This document shows positions 28,247-37,589 of a stretch of 64,000 nucleotides of DNA, piece by piece (position 1 is the stretch's first letter; every line of letters starts with the position of its first letter). The notes beneath the pieces were generated by a model. The model ran no database searches. It saw only the letters and a list, made by a program, of their open reading frames with translations, and was not told the origin of the DNA. A program made the translations under genes and the position numbers. The stretch is from Candidatus Parcubacteria bacterium (GTDB lineage: Bacteria > Patescibacteriota > Minisyncoccia > UBA6257 > 2-01-FULL-56-20): NCBI GenBank assembly GCA_027324805.1, contig DAHVRZ010000001.1:2945-66944 (forward strand), read 5' to 3'.

Positions 28247-29825
28247 GATCAGGCCCGTAGCCCTGATCATCCTCGACGGCTGGGGTCACCGGGAAGACGC
28301 CTCTCATAACGCCATCGCCAAAGCACGCACGCCCTTCTTTGATTCGCTCCTTGCGCGCTATCCGCACACGCTTCTCGACGCGAGCGAGGAATACGTCGGC
28401 CTGCCGCACGGCCAGATGGGCAACAGCGAGATCGGCCATATGACGATGGGGGCCGGACAGGTCATTGACGTCGATCTCGTGAAGATCAACAAGGCCGCCG
28501 AGCACGGAGCATTTTCGACGAATCCCGCTTTCACCGAGCTCTTCGACCATGTGAAACGCCACGATGCCACCCTGCATGTGATGGGGCTTGTCGGCACGGG
28601 CGGCGTACATAGCCATCAGAACCATCTTCATGCATTCCTCCGCGCCGCGAAAGCGACAGGTATAACGAAGGTCGCCGTTCACGCAATTACCGATGGGCGC
28701 GATCTTCCTCCGCAAAGCGCCGCAAACCATCTCCGCGAACTCGAGGCGCTCCTCGCCGATCTCGGCATCGGCTTCATTGCCACCATGGGCGGCCGTTTCT
28801 ATGCCATGGACCGCGATAAGAACTGGGACCGCGTCGGGAAGGCCGAAGCGGCGGTCTTTGAAGGCAATGCTGCCCGGCGCGAATCCCGCACGCCGTCCGC
28901 AGTACTCGAAGAGTTATATAAAGAGGGCGTGATGGATGAACACCTTGAACCGGTCGTATTCCTCGACGGCATCGGCAGGAATGGAGCGGCGGGCGACGGG
29001 GGTGCAGCGTGGACGATCGGCGCGCACGACGGCGTTTTCTTCTTCAACTTCCGCCCCGACCGGGCACGCCAGATGACGGAGCGGTTCCTTGCGCACAGGA
29101 ATCCGCTCGATCTCTTCATTGTCACGCTCACCGAATACGACAAAACGCTCACTGCCGCCGGCGCTCACGTGGCATTCCCGCAAAGCCGTGCCACAACCTC
29201 GCTTGCAGCTGAGATCGCGGCCGGCGGACTCACGCAGGCGCACATCGCCGAAACGGAAAAGTATGCGCATGTCACCTATTTTTTCAATGGAGGCAACGAA
29301 GCGCCGCACAAGGGCGAACGATTCTATCTTATCGAGAGCCGCAAAGACGTTGCAACGCACGACCTTGCGCCCGAAATGCGAGCAAAGGAGATCGCGGATA
29401 CGGCAATCGAACGTATCGCCGCAGGTGATGATTTTCTCGTGGTGAATTTCGCGAACGCCGATATGGTCGGCCATACGGCAAACCGTCCGGCGATCGTGGC
29501 CGCGGTGGAAACCGTGGACCTCGAACTCCGGCGCATCGTGGATGCCATCCTCGCGCGCACCGGCGCGGCGATCGTAACGGCGGACCATGGCAATGCGGAA
29601 ATGAACAGAGATCCCGAGACCGGCGCACGCCACACCGCACATACCACGAATCTCGTCCCTTTTGTCGTCGCGTCAGACAACCCATTATTACATCTCCGTA
29701 CACGCGGCAGGACTGATGCCGGTCATGAAGCGTCAGGCACACTCGCCGATATCGCACCCACCATCCTCCATCTTCTCGGTCTTCCTGTTCCCGAAGGCAT
29801 GACGGGAAGAAACATGATCGAATAA
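28239..29825 (+). CDS. gpmI: 2,3-bisphosphoglycerate-independent phosphoglycerate mutase (iPGM), copy 2, translationally coupled to eno
   Basis: [20 protein letters not shown]...[15 protein letters not shown]. Roughly 35-40% identical to copy 1 by eye. Start ATG overlaps the enolase stop. Confidence 0.9.
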   Translation: MDKIRPVALIILDGWGHREDASHNAIAKARTPFFDSLLARYPHTLLDASEEYVGLPHGQMGNSEIGHMTMGAGQVIDVDLVKINKAAEHGAFSTNPAFTELFDHVKRHDATLHVMGLVGTGGVHSHQNHLHAFLRAAKATGITKVAVHAITDGRDLPPQSAANHLRELEALLADLGIGFIATMGGRFYAMDRDKNWDRVGKAEAAVFEGNAARRESRTPSAVLEELYKEGVMDEHLEPVVFLDGIGRNGAAGDGGAAWTIGAHDGVFFFNFRPDRARQMTERFLAHRNPLDLFIVTLTEYDKTLTAAGAHVAFPQSRATTSLAAEIAAGGLTQAHIAETEKYAHVTYFFNGGNEAPHKGERFYLIESRKDVATHDLAPEMRAKEIADTAIERIAAGDDFLVVNFANADMVGHTANRPAIVAAVETVDLELRRIVDAILARTGAAIVTADHGNAEMNRDPETGARHTAHTTNLVPFVVASDNPLLHLRTRGRTDAGHEASGTLADIAPTILHLLGLPVPEGMTGRNMIE

Positions 29826-29828
29826 TAT

Positions 29829-29857
29829 AAAACCCCGCATTCCTGCGGGGTTTTATG
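29829..29857. terminator. Bidirectional rho-independent terminator
   Basis: AAAACCCCGCA-TTCC-TGCGGGGTTTTATG. Confidence 0.85.
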
Positions 29858-29865
29858 AATGCATC

Positions 29866-30195
29866 CTAGTCATCAGAACCACCCCCTCCGCCTTCATTGT
29901 CTCCCGGACGGCGGATAACGGGCGGAGGTGGAATTTGCGTCGAAGACGGGGCGATCGTCGAACCTGTCTGCGTTCCGGTTGTCGCCGGCGTAGTCGCGGC
30001 TTTGGATGGCGTCGCCGTTGCGGTTCCTGCCTTTTGCGCCGCATCCGACGCCGAACCTATGGCTTGCGACGGCACGGACGCGGGGACGACGACGGTATTC
30101 CCCTGCTGTAACATGGGCGCCGCGATAATGAGCGCACCAATAAGCAGGGCATTTACAAAGAACATCCAATTATCACCGGACCCTCTCATATTCAT
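29866..30195 (-). CDS. Small secreted or membrane-anchored low-complexity protein
   Basis: 109 aa. N-terminal hydrophobic helix then Thr/Ala/Pro/Gly-rich tail (ATTPATTGTQTGS...PPPPVIRRPG). Confidence 0.45.
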   Translation of the reverse strand: MNMRGSGDNWMFFVNALLIGALIIAAPMLQQGNTVVVPASVPSQAIGSASDAAQKAGTATATPSKAATTPATTGTQTGSTIAPSSTQIPPPPVIRRPGDNEGGGGGSDD

Positions 30196-30204
30196 CCTTA
30201 CATA

Positions 30205-31722
30205 TTACGCGAATCCCGGGAAAAAATCGCTCTTGATACGGAAGCGGGACACGCCCATATCCTTCAATGTTTTTTCGAACGCTTCGACCATCGCATGGGG
30301 GCCGGAGATGTAGAACGTGCGATCCCGATAATCCGGGATCTGCCTCATAATGAGGCCCGCATCGATCTTCCCTGCATACACCCCGGACGACGAAGCATTC
30401 CCGTCCGTCACGGCATACACCGTTCGCACGCCGAGCTCGGTCCGTGCCCTTTCGAGGATATCGCCATAAGCGATATCATCGGGTGCCTTGTTCGAATACA
30501 GCACTACGATATCGCGCTGTTCACCTTTGTCCAAAAGATAACGGATCATACTTCTGAACGGCGTGATGCCTATGCCTCCGGCAATGAATACAAGCTTTTT
30601 CTTTTTATTCCTCGGCAGAACAAATCCACCCGAAAGATGAGCCGCGGATATTCGGTCGCCCACCTTCATCGCCGCAAGCGTCTGTTTGAACGTGCTTGCC
30701 TTTGGATAGAACTTCACGCCGAGGCGCACGGTGCTCTCCGTCGGCGCCGACGCAAGCGTAAAGTATCGCCGATTGCCGCGATTGTCCGAACCATCGTGCG
30801 CAAGCGTCCACTCCATGTACTGACCCGGCGCGAACGAGAACCTTCTGTCAGGAGAGAACACAAAGTCGTACGCGTCATTCGCAGCTTCTTCAATGCGCTT
30901 CAGTGTAAGCATATAGCGTCCTTTAGGGCTTACGATATATGAAAAGATGTTTCCAATAAGGAGCGCGAGCTCCGGCGAGAGATAGAATCCCCCTATATTC
31001 ACATTCGGCGCAAAAAGGAATCCAACGAGTGCGCCGTACGCGATGCGCAATGGGCGATTCGGGGGCGTGGTGAGCGGCTCCGTGAGCATGATAAACGCGA
31101 AGAAAAAGAACGCCGAATGGATTATCGTCTGCACGATCGCGGTCCACGCATTCCCCTGCCCCGCGGTCACCGCGGACGTCACGAGCGCCACGAGTGCGAA
31201 GCTTGCCACAAGGTCCGTCCTCTGAATCTTGCGCACAACGAGCAATCCTCCGACAAGAACGAACGGAAGGAGCGCAAGATTGCCTCCGACCCACCACGTT
31301 GCGGCGCGGCCGATAAGCAGCGCGGAAAGTGCGGCACCGAATGCGGCGGGATTGAAAAGATGCCGCTTGCCGAGCGCAAAAAGATATTTCGATGCCATCG
31401 CCCAGACGGAAACGAAGATAAGGAATCCTATGCCGGCGGCATCGGTCGCAACGGCCGGCGGAATAATGAGCGCAAGGATGAACGCCGTGATGTATACGGA
31501 CTCGACATTCGTGACCGCATCGAACACTTTTGCAAAGATCCAATTTGCGGCGATGCATACGGCCATAATGACCGCCGCCGAGAAGACAAGCTCCGCGGGA
31601 CCGAACGGGAGGATACCGAAGAAACTGAACACAAATGCCGCTCCAAGGAGAACCTCAAGATAGTAGAGCACCAGACGATACATGGTCGTCCGATTCAGGA
31701 TATTATCGATCCATTTGGGCAT
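30205..31722 (-). CDS. Membrane flavoprotein oxidoreductase: polytopic N-terminal domain (RnfD/NqrB-like, LFNPAAF motif) fused to a ferredoxin-NADP-reductase-like FAD/NAD(P)H-binding module
   Basis: 505 aa. About 9 TM helices then RRYFTLAS (RxYS-type FAD motif) and GGIGITP (NAD(P)-binding GGxGxxP). Confidence 0.7.
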   Translation of the reverse strand: MPKWIDNILNRTTMYRLVLYYLEVLLGAAFVFSFFGILPFGPAELVFSAAVIMAVCIAANWIFAKVFDAVTNVESVYITAFILALIIPPAVATDAAGIGFLIFVSVWAMASKYLFALGKRHLFNPAAFGAALSALLIGRAATWWVGGNLALLPFVLVGGLLVVRKIQRTDLVASFALVALVTSAVTAGQGNAWTAIVQTIIHSAFFFFAFIMLTEPLTTPPNRPLRIAYGALVGFLFAPNVNIGGFYLSPELALLIGNIFSYIVSPKGRYMLTLKRIEEAANDAYDFVFSPDRRFSFAPGQYMEWTLAHDGSDNRGNRRYFTLASAPTESTVRLGVKFYPKASTFKQTLAAMKVGDRISAAHLSGGFVLPRNKKKKLVFIAGGIGITPFRSMIRYLLDKGEQRDIVVLYSNKAPDDIAYGDILERARTELGVRTVYAVTDGNASSSGVYAGKIDAGLIMRQIPDYRDRTFYISGPHAMVEAFEKTLKDMGVSRFRIKSDFFPGFA

Positions 31723-31729
31723 CGGATGA

Positions 31730-32314
31730 TTATGCTTTTGCCTGCGCGAGCGCCGAGGCGAGCGACTGCTGGAATGCCTGGCTCGTGAACGTCGCGCCCG
31801 AGACGATGTTCACGTTCGCGCTCTGGGCCGCAATGGCCTCCTGCGTGAGATAAGGCATCGCCTGCTCGTTGATGAAAACCGACGTGCTGTGCGTGTTCGG
31901 ATACTGGAGGAACTTCACGTCCGTCAGCTTGCCGCCCTGAACAACCGCCTCGACCTGGACCGTGCCGTAATAGGCATCCGCCTGGCCGCCGGTATAGGTT
32001 CCATCGGTATACTGCCCTTTTGGCTTCGGCGCTTGCGTCGGCGCCGGAGATGATGTCGCGCCGGAAGAGCTTCCGGATGGAGCTGCGGCACCCGAAGAAG
32101 ATTGACCCAAAGAGGCGGATGACCGGCTACCGGAAGGAGGGTTCCCCGCCGCCTGATTCCCCGAGGAGGAGGGCGCGGTCGTTGCCGTGCCGCTGTTCTC
32201 TGCGATCGCGGGCGTCGTTGCCGAGGGCGCCGTCGAAGCCGCTCCTTGGCCCATGAACACCATATAGAACGCGGAGGCCGCGATAAGTCCCAGTGAAACG
32301 AGGAATTTCTTCAT
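31730..32314 (-). CDS. Secreted FMN-binding domain protein (RnfG/NqrC-like)
   Basis: Start at MKKFLVSLGLIAASAF (signal peptide). Low-complexity Ser/Gly linker. C-terminal FMN_bind domain with the flavinylation motif VSGATFTS (Thr target of ApbE-type flavin transferase). Immediately upstream of, and co-directional with, the reductase gene. Confidence 0.75.
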   Translation of the reverse strand: MKKFLVSLGLIAASAFYMVFMGQGAASTAPSATTPAIAENSGTATTAPSSSGNQAAGNPPSGSRSSASLGQSSSGAAAPSGSSSGATSSPAPTQAPKPKGQYTDGTYTGGQADAYYGTVQVEAVVQGGKLTDVKFLQYPNTHSTSVFINEQAMPYLTQEAIAAQSANVNIVSGATFTSQAFQQSLASALAQAKA

Positions 32315-32427
32315 GGAATACGAAGGGTTTCTTTCCTGATAGTACGCAAGCAAACTCGGGTTTTATGCGTTACGCACTGTAATTCCCGCGCGGCGCGTAC
32401 TATCATTAAATATCATCAATCGGCACT

Positions 32428-33036
32428 ATGTCGAGTTTCGCGATTATGGCATACAACGATAACGCTACGGAAGAATCGCGGACCGAGAGCGCCGACGAAG
32501 CGCTTGTCCCCCTCGCGATAGCTGACGATCGCTATTTTGGGATACTCGTCGAACGCTACGAGACGAGGCTGCGGCGCTATATCATGCGTTTCATCAATTG
32601 CAGTCCCGAGGATGCCGAAGATATCGTGCAGGACACCTTCATCAACGTCTATCGCAATCTGAACGGTTTCGACACCGACCTCAAGTTTTCGTCGTGGCTG
32701 TATCGCATTGCCCATAATGAGGCAGTGAGCCACCTGCGTCGCATCACGGCGAGACCCGCAACGCCATGGGAGGACGACAAGCTCGAAGCACTCGCGTCGG
32801 ATGCCGATGTGGAGCGCGAGCTTCACAGGAAAATGGACGGCACCATAATCCGCGCAGCGGTCGATCGCCTCGATGCGAAATACAAAGAAGCGCTCGTTCT
32901 CCGTTACTTCGAGGATAAGAGCTACGAAGAAATATCGGACATCCTCCAGAAGCCGACGGGGAGCGTATCGTCGCTCATCACGCGGGCAAAACGCCTTCTC
33001 GTCAAAGAACTTAAAAAGGCCGCGACGGAACAATAA
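32428..33036 (+). CDS. ECF-family RNA polymerase sigma factor (sigma-70 regions 2 and 4)
   Basis: 202 aa. Region 2 IVQDTFINVYRNLNGF. Region 4 helix-turn-helix SYEEISDILQKPTGSVSSLITRAKRLL. Confidence 0.88.
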   Translation: MSSFAIMAYNDNATEESRTESADEALVPLAIADDRYFGILVERYETRLRRYIMRFINCSPEDAEDIVQDTFINVYRNLNGFDTDLKFSSWLYRIAHNEAVSHLRRITARPATPWEDDKLEALASDADVERELHRKMDGTIIRAAVDRLDAKYKEALVLRYFEDKSYEEISDILQKPTGSVSSLITRAKRLLVKELKKAATEQ

Positions 33037-33046
33037 CGACAACGCC

Positions 33047-33544
33047 ATGTCCGACACCAGCGAAAAAATACTCAAAGAGATCCATGAGCGCCACGTGACG
33101 CACCGGCCGAGGTGGCATTTCCTCATCAGAAATGCATCGGTCTTGACCGCACTCGCCGCCGCGATTTTCTTTGGCGCCCTTTCCATCAGCATCGAAGAGT
33201 CCGTGCTTGAAAAAGGATTCGGCATCGGCGGAGCGTTCGGCTTCAGTTCCGTAAAACTCCTCCTCCAGGGCGTCTCGCTGCTTTGGATCGCTTCCACCGC
33301 CATCTTCATCGTACTCGCATTTCTCAACCTCAGGCACGTAAGGGAAGGGTACCGTTGGCGCGCCTCGTGGATCGTCGTCGGCATCGTCGTCGTGGTGATA
33401 ACCTTCGGCCTCCTCTTCCGGCAGGAAGGGATCGGCGAGCGCGCGGAGTCGGCGCTCGAACGCAATTCGTTCTATAATGGAGCTTTCCACATCGACCACC
33501 CCAATGACGAACCCCAACAGCCGTACGGAGCAGGAAATCCATAA
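33047..33544 (+). CDS. Putative membrane anti-sigma factor
   Basis: 165 aa directly downstream of the ECF sigma gene (about 10-nt gap). Short cytoplasmic N-terminus then 3 TM helices. Confidence 0.5.
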   Translation: MSDTSEKILKEIHERHVTHRPRWHFLIRNASVLTALAAAIFFGALSISIEESVLEKGFGIGGAFGFSSVKLLLQGVSLLWIASTAIFIVLAFLNLRHVREGYRWRASWIVVGIVVVVITFGLLFRQEGIGERAESALERNSFYNGAFHIDHPNDEPQQPYGAGNP

Positions 33545-34004
33545 AGTATTCGACATCACACTCCTGCTTAAAGGACTCCACGCTTCCCTCGAGGTGCTCG
33601 GCGGGATCGCCCTTTACGCCGTGAGTGCCGGCGGCATCCTCAATCTTGCAAATGCGCTTTTCGGCGGCGAGATCGGCGAGGATCCGCACGACCCGATCGC
33701 CAACTATCTCCTCGGCCTCGCGCAGACATTCGGCGCGAATGACCGTTCATTCGCCGCATTCTATCTTCTCACCCACGGCATCGCGAACGGCCTCATCGTC
33801 ATCGCCCTTTGGCGCGAAGAGATCTGGGCCTATCCCATATCATTCGCGGTCCTCGGCTCGTTCATCGTCTACCAGCTTTACCTGCTCACGCTCGGCTTCT
33901 CCTGGTGGATCGTCGCCATCACCGTGCTCGACGCCGCCATCGTCGCGCTTGTATGGCATGAATACGGCGTACTCAAGACGCGGCGCGCCGCAACGCGGGG
34001 ATAA
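33504..34004 (+). CDS. Hypothetical polytopic membrane protein (start uncertain, 33477 or 33504)
   Basis: 4 TM helices. Overlaps the previous gene by at least 41 nt in another frame. Confidence 0.45.
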   Translation: MTNPNSRTEQEIHKVFDITLLLKGLHASLEVLGGIALYAVSAGGILNLANALFGGEIGEDPHDPIANYLLGLAQTFGANDRSFAAFYLLTHGIANGLIVIALWREEIWAYPISFAVLGSFIVYQLYLLTLGFSWWIVAITVLDAAIVALVWHEYGVLKTRRAATRG

Positions 34005-34059
34005 AAAATCCCCGTCCGACATTCCTGTCGAGCGGGGCCTCTTCTTATGCTCCTGTTTT

Positions 34060-34680
34060 TTAACGGATCTCATGCGCCATGCGTCGCAAGCCTCCGGCGC
34101 ACAGTTCGAAGTGCCTGGAAAGCTTTTTGAAGAGCGGCGCTTCGCCGGGGTTTTCGACCTCATCGAACAATGCAACGATGAGATAACTTTCCTTCCCCGT
34201 CTTCACAATCTCGACGGGATCCTTGGGCTGGTCCACCCACCGCGTGCGGGAACTCCTGAAACTTTCCGGAAATACGCCCGCAAGAAATAATGCATAATCG
34301 CCGATATGTTGGCGCACATTGCGTTCCTCGCCGAACGATGCCGCACTCCCCAGAATCGGATCAGCCCTTTCAATAAGGTTCTCCATTCTGATAATCGGTT
34401 TTCCGCCGGTGTCGCAGATGCTCCACAAACGGTCGCTCGCGCAAAATTCGGCGAGGACCCCTGCGACATACTCCTGCATCCGTTCGTCGCGCAACTCAAT
34501 GAATGGGCTGAACGCCTGCCGCACGATCGGGTTGAAAAATGGCTTCAAATAGTCCGCCGTCTGTTTCACGATCCCCTCCGAAGACGAAGTTTCGCCCTGT
34601 GTCCTTCTTTCTAAATACCGCAAAGGCAAAAAGGAAGCAAGCCGGCCACATGGTGCGATCCGGGTCCCGCTCCAAGACAT
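34060..34680 (-). CDS. Hypothetical protein (start uncertain)
   Basis: 206-aa ORF. The first ATG leaves only 23 nt to the divergent ATP-grasp gene, so an internal start is likely. No recognisable motif. Confidence 0.4.
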   Translation of the reverse strand: MSWSGTRIAPCGRLASFLPLRYLERRTQGETSSSEGIVKQTADYLKPFFNPIVRQAFSPFIELRDERMQEYVAGVLAEFCASDRLWSICDTGGKPIIRMENLIERADPILGSAASFGEERNVRQHIGDYALFLAGVFPESFRSSRTRWVDQPKDPVEIVKTGKESYLIVALFDEVENPGEAPLFKKLSRHFELCAGGLRRMAHEIR

Positions 34681-34703
34681 GCACGCGATGGTATAGTTGA
34701 ATC

Positions 34704-35660
34704 ATGCCGACGCGGAAGAATATCATCATCTGGATAAAATATTCCCAAAAGGAAATCTTCTCGCCGTACTATCATAAAGGCCCATCATATCTCGCCCTTC
34801 TCGGGGAGCTGTACGGACGCGGACACCGCGTATTCCTCTCGTTCGGCGCCGCGGATCTGCACGGAGAAGATGCCTTCTTTTCTCCGGCGGCGGAATACCG
34901 GGACGGCGCCCTGCAGGCGCCGGAGTCCGCAGATCCGGTCCGCGCCGATGTTATTTATAACCTGGGCAATATCCCTGCTATTCATGGGGTGTCGCCCATT
35001 ACGAACACGCCTGCGTTCAGGACATTTTTCGCCTCAAAGTATGCTGCTTATGAACTTCTGCGCGAATTCTTCCCCCGGACGATACGCGTGAAACGGAAAG
35101 AGGATCTTTCGGCGGCGCTCGCGCAATTGCCCAATGAACGTGCGGTATTCAAACCGGACACAGGCACGAATGGACGCGGTGTAACGATGATGAAAAGAGG
35201 CGGGACGGCATTCAACGAAGAAATGTGCGCGATCATCGCCGAACCGGGAGGCGCGATCCTTCAGGAATTCGTTGACACAGCGTCGGGCATCTCTGGCGCA
35301 TGCGATTCATATCACGATCTGCGCATTGTCGTTATGAACAGGGGGGTCATCGCGCTCACGCACGTGCGCATCCCCGAACCCGGCAGTCTTATCGCCAACT
35401 ACGCACAGGGTGCGACCATCCGCGAACTTTCGCCGGCGGATCTCCCCAAAAGCGTCCTTACACTTCACCGCGCCGTTTATGAAACGATCGCCGCACGATT
35501 CCCGAATCCGATGTATACGATGGATGCGGGCATCGGCGCGGATGGACGGCCTCTTCTCTTTGAGATCAACGGTACGACAGCATTCCCCTGGCCCGGATTC
35601 GCAGGGAAAGAATTCTTTATAAAAACCCTGGCAGAGCACCTTGAGAAGCAGATGCTATAA
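34704..35660 (+). CDS. ATP-grasp domain protein of unknown specificity (RimK/glutathione-synthetase-like fold)
   Basis: 318 aa. Central KPDTGTNGRGV (Lys plus Gly-rich ATP loop) and C-terminal LFEINGTTAFP resemble ATP-grasp enzymes. Extended -10 TGGTATAGT ends 6 nt before the ATG (leaderless). Confidence 0.6.
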   Translation: MPTRKNIIIWIKYSQKEIFSPYYHKGPSYLALLGELYGRGHRVFLSFGAADLHGEDAFFSPAAEYRDGALQAPESADPVRADVIYNLGNIPAIHGVSPITNTPAFRTFFASKYAAYELLREFFPRTIRVKRKEDLSAALAQLPNERAVFKPDTGTNGRGVTMMKRGGTAFNEEMCAIIAEPGGAILQEFVDTASGISGACDSYHDLRIVVMNRGVIALTHVRIPEPGSLIANYAQGATIRELSPADLPKSVLTLHRAVYETIAARFPNPMYTMDAGIGADGRPLLFEINGTTAFPWPGFAGKEFFIKTLAEHLEKQML

Positions 35661-35679
35661 GGCGATGGTCCGAAGGTTA

Positions 35680-36630
35680 TTAATAATAATTTGATCTAAT
35701 CTTCGCCCAAGTCTCCCCTCGTTTTTTCATATCTTCCAATTTACGCTTCGCGGCATTAAGAGTTTCGAAACTCATTAAATTATGGAATGCCTCCGATGAT
35801 GTCTTATCGCTAAATGGACTAACGGCCGCCAAAAGGGCTCCCGTGGCAGCCAGACTTCCATAACCAAGTTTTGATAATATCTTTTTCGCGCCAACTTGAT
35901 TATTGATAGTGTTCTCCAGTTCCCGGATCACCTCGAAGGCTTTTTGATATTCCTCCGTGCTGATAGGTTCCGAATGCCTCGTTTCAAAATTGAAGCGTTG
36001 ACCCTTATTCCATGTCTGCGCACCGGCTGCGACCCTCATCGCATTTGCCTCAGCGAGCGCATCGTCTTCATTCAACCGACCCCTATCTTCGGAGGGGATG
36101 CCGATACCCGACTTTTGGGCCTCTCTGCGCTGCCGCTCTTTTACTTCTCTATAGTGCTCAATGAGGAGCTGTCTGCTTATGGGGCTGCTTCCTGGATACC
36201 ATTCCACCTCCCCGCCTCGAGGCTGTACAAGTTGAAGCGATAACCCTCCATCCTCGGTTCTGCAAATATAAAAATCGGTCTTGTATCCGCGTTTTGCGTC
36301 TGCAATGAAGCGATCCGCAATTTCCTCAGGGGGCAGATCAAGATCCGTGAAATCCGCACTATCAATTTCGGAATATATCGGAGTCTCTTTCCCGTCAATG
36401 AGCGTTTTGGCGCCCCGATGCTCCAGAAAGGGTCCCGCTTCCTTTTTGTTTATAAATACTTCTCCGCCTTCTTGGCCTTCCATAAAAGATTGCCGCTTCC
36501 CCATTGCCGCTTCTTCGGATGTTTTGGAAAGTTCGTTCATCACACTTTTCGATGATGAATTTTCCACGCTTTCCTGGGCGCGTTGTTCGAGATCGTTCTT
36601 CCAATCTTCAAATTTTTCTTCCGATGCCAT
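35680..36630 (-). CDS. Hypothetical protein, low-GC segment
   Basis: 316 aa, acidic N-terminal half. Lies in an about 45-48% GC segment within a roughly 60% GC genome. Confidence 0.5.
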   Translation of the reverse strand: MASEEKFEDWKNDLEQRAQESVENSSSKSVMNELSKTSEEAAMGKRQSFMEGQEGGEVFINKKEAGPFLEHRGAKTLIDGKETPIYSEIDSADFTDLDLPPEEIADRFIADAKRGYKTDFYICRTEDGGLSLQLVQPRGGEVEWYPGSSPISRQLLIEHYREVKERQRREAQKSGIGIPSEDRGRLNEDDALAEANAMRVAAGAQTWNKGQRFNFETRHSEPISTEEYQKAFEVIRELENTINNQVGAKKILSKLGYGSLAATGALLAAVSPFSDKTSSEAFHNLMSFETLNAAKRKLEDMKKRGETWAKIRSNYY

Positions 36631-36763
36631 GGTTTAATGTTAGCACAATGAGGTGGAGCCGACCCGGACAGGTGGCAAACTCTGATCGCGGAGCTTTATA
36701 AAGCGCTCTTGCTCACGGGGTCGGATTTGGATTAAGGCAACGCAAACTCCTAGCCATCAACCT

Positions 36764-37069
36764 TTAATTCACCTTCCAGGGCGGAGAAAATTTTCCTTCC
36801 GTCGAGAGAACCTTTCCGCGCCTCCACGTATACCATGCCATCGGGAGAAGAATGATCACAGGGAACATCGCCACTAATAGCACAACAAACGTATGCAGGA
36901 GGAACGAAAAAAATAATCCTCCCAAGAAGATGATCACAGCGAACACAACGTAAATAATGGCATTGATTCTCATTTTCCAACCGTCTACCTTATAAACAGT
37001 AGAAACTACTTCTTGACCAACGCTCTCTGGTTGATTTTGCTGCTGCCCGTCGGGCTGTTGTGGATCCAT
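36764..37069 (-). CDS. Small membrane protein, low-GC segment
   Basis: 101 aa. Gln/Pro-rich N-terminus then two TM helices. Confidence 0.45.
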   Translation of the reverse strand: MDPQQPDGQQQNQPESVGQEVVSTVYKVDGWKMRINAIIYVVFAVIIFLGGLFFSFLLHTFVVLLVAMFPVIILLPMAWYTWRRGKVLSTEGKFSPPWKVN

Positions 37070-37073
37070 AAAT

Positions 37074-37526
37074 TTAGTGAGTGGCTGCGGTCGACGAAAT
37101 TCCCGCAGGCGTAGATGGGGGCATATCTTCGCAATGCCGTTTTACGGCAAAATAATACACGATGGCACCAATGATACCAAAAAGAAGAATAATGATTATC
37201 CAAAGTGCCTTATCATGGATCGGATGGCGGATGGCATGAACAAGCATCCATATCCAAAGGATCAGCGCAAGTATTGCGACCACGATGACAAACACGACTA
37301 TACCGAGTTCCAAACCAGCAACCCACGCTATCGGACCAAAAACTTGGCTACATGGCACAGGTTGGCCATTAACCATGCAATTCGACGAGGATGAGACTAT
37401 CGTCGTCTGGGCATGCGCTGCCAAAACACCCAACCAATTCATACAATCATTATAACACTCCCGGAAATCCAGTTTCCCTTCCGCCCAACTCCCCTCCTTC
37501 TGGGAGGAAATAGTCCAAATTGGCAA
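37074..37526 (-). CDS. Membrane protein with PLD-nuclease N-terminal-like (PLDc_N) motif, low-GC segment
   Basis: 150 aa. LWIWMLVHAIRHPIHDKALWIIIILLFGIIGAIVYYFAV resembles the cardiolipin-synthase N-terminal (PLDc_N) small-protein family. Confidence 0.5.
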   Translation of the reverse strand: MPIWTISSQKEGSWAEGKLDFRECYNDCMNWLGVLAAHAQTTIVSSSSNCMVNGQPVPCSQVFGPIAWVAGLELGIVVFVIVVAILALILWIWMLVHAIRHPIHDKALWIIIILLFGIIGAIVYYFAVKRHCEDMPPSTPAGISSTAATH

Positions 37527-37554
37527 ACTCGAAATAATGCACTATCCATAACGA

Positions 37555-37579
37555 AAATCGAACTCTTTTGGAGTTCGAT
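37555..37579 (-). terminator. Terminator hairpin immediately 3' of tmRNA
   Basis: Perfect 10-bp inverted repeat AATCGAACTC-TTTTG-GAGTTCGATT located 11 nt downstream of the tmRNA 3' end on the minus strand. Confidence 0.7.
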
Positions 37580-37589
37580 TCCGGGACTG

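Noticed and set aside
32353-32428. Possible ECF-type promoter (TGTAAT...CGTACT) upstream of the ECF sigma gene
   Set aside because: The spacer (about 12 nt) does not fit the 16-17 nt spacing of known ECF promoters. Left uncalled.
37569-37587. Plus-strand GGAGTTCGATTCCGGG resembling a tRNA T-arm next to tmRNA
   Set aside because: Flanking bases do not form a T-stem or acceptor. It is the 3' half of the 10-bp inverted repeat AATCGAACTC/GAGTTCGATT that forms the tmRNA terminator hairpin.
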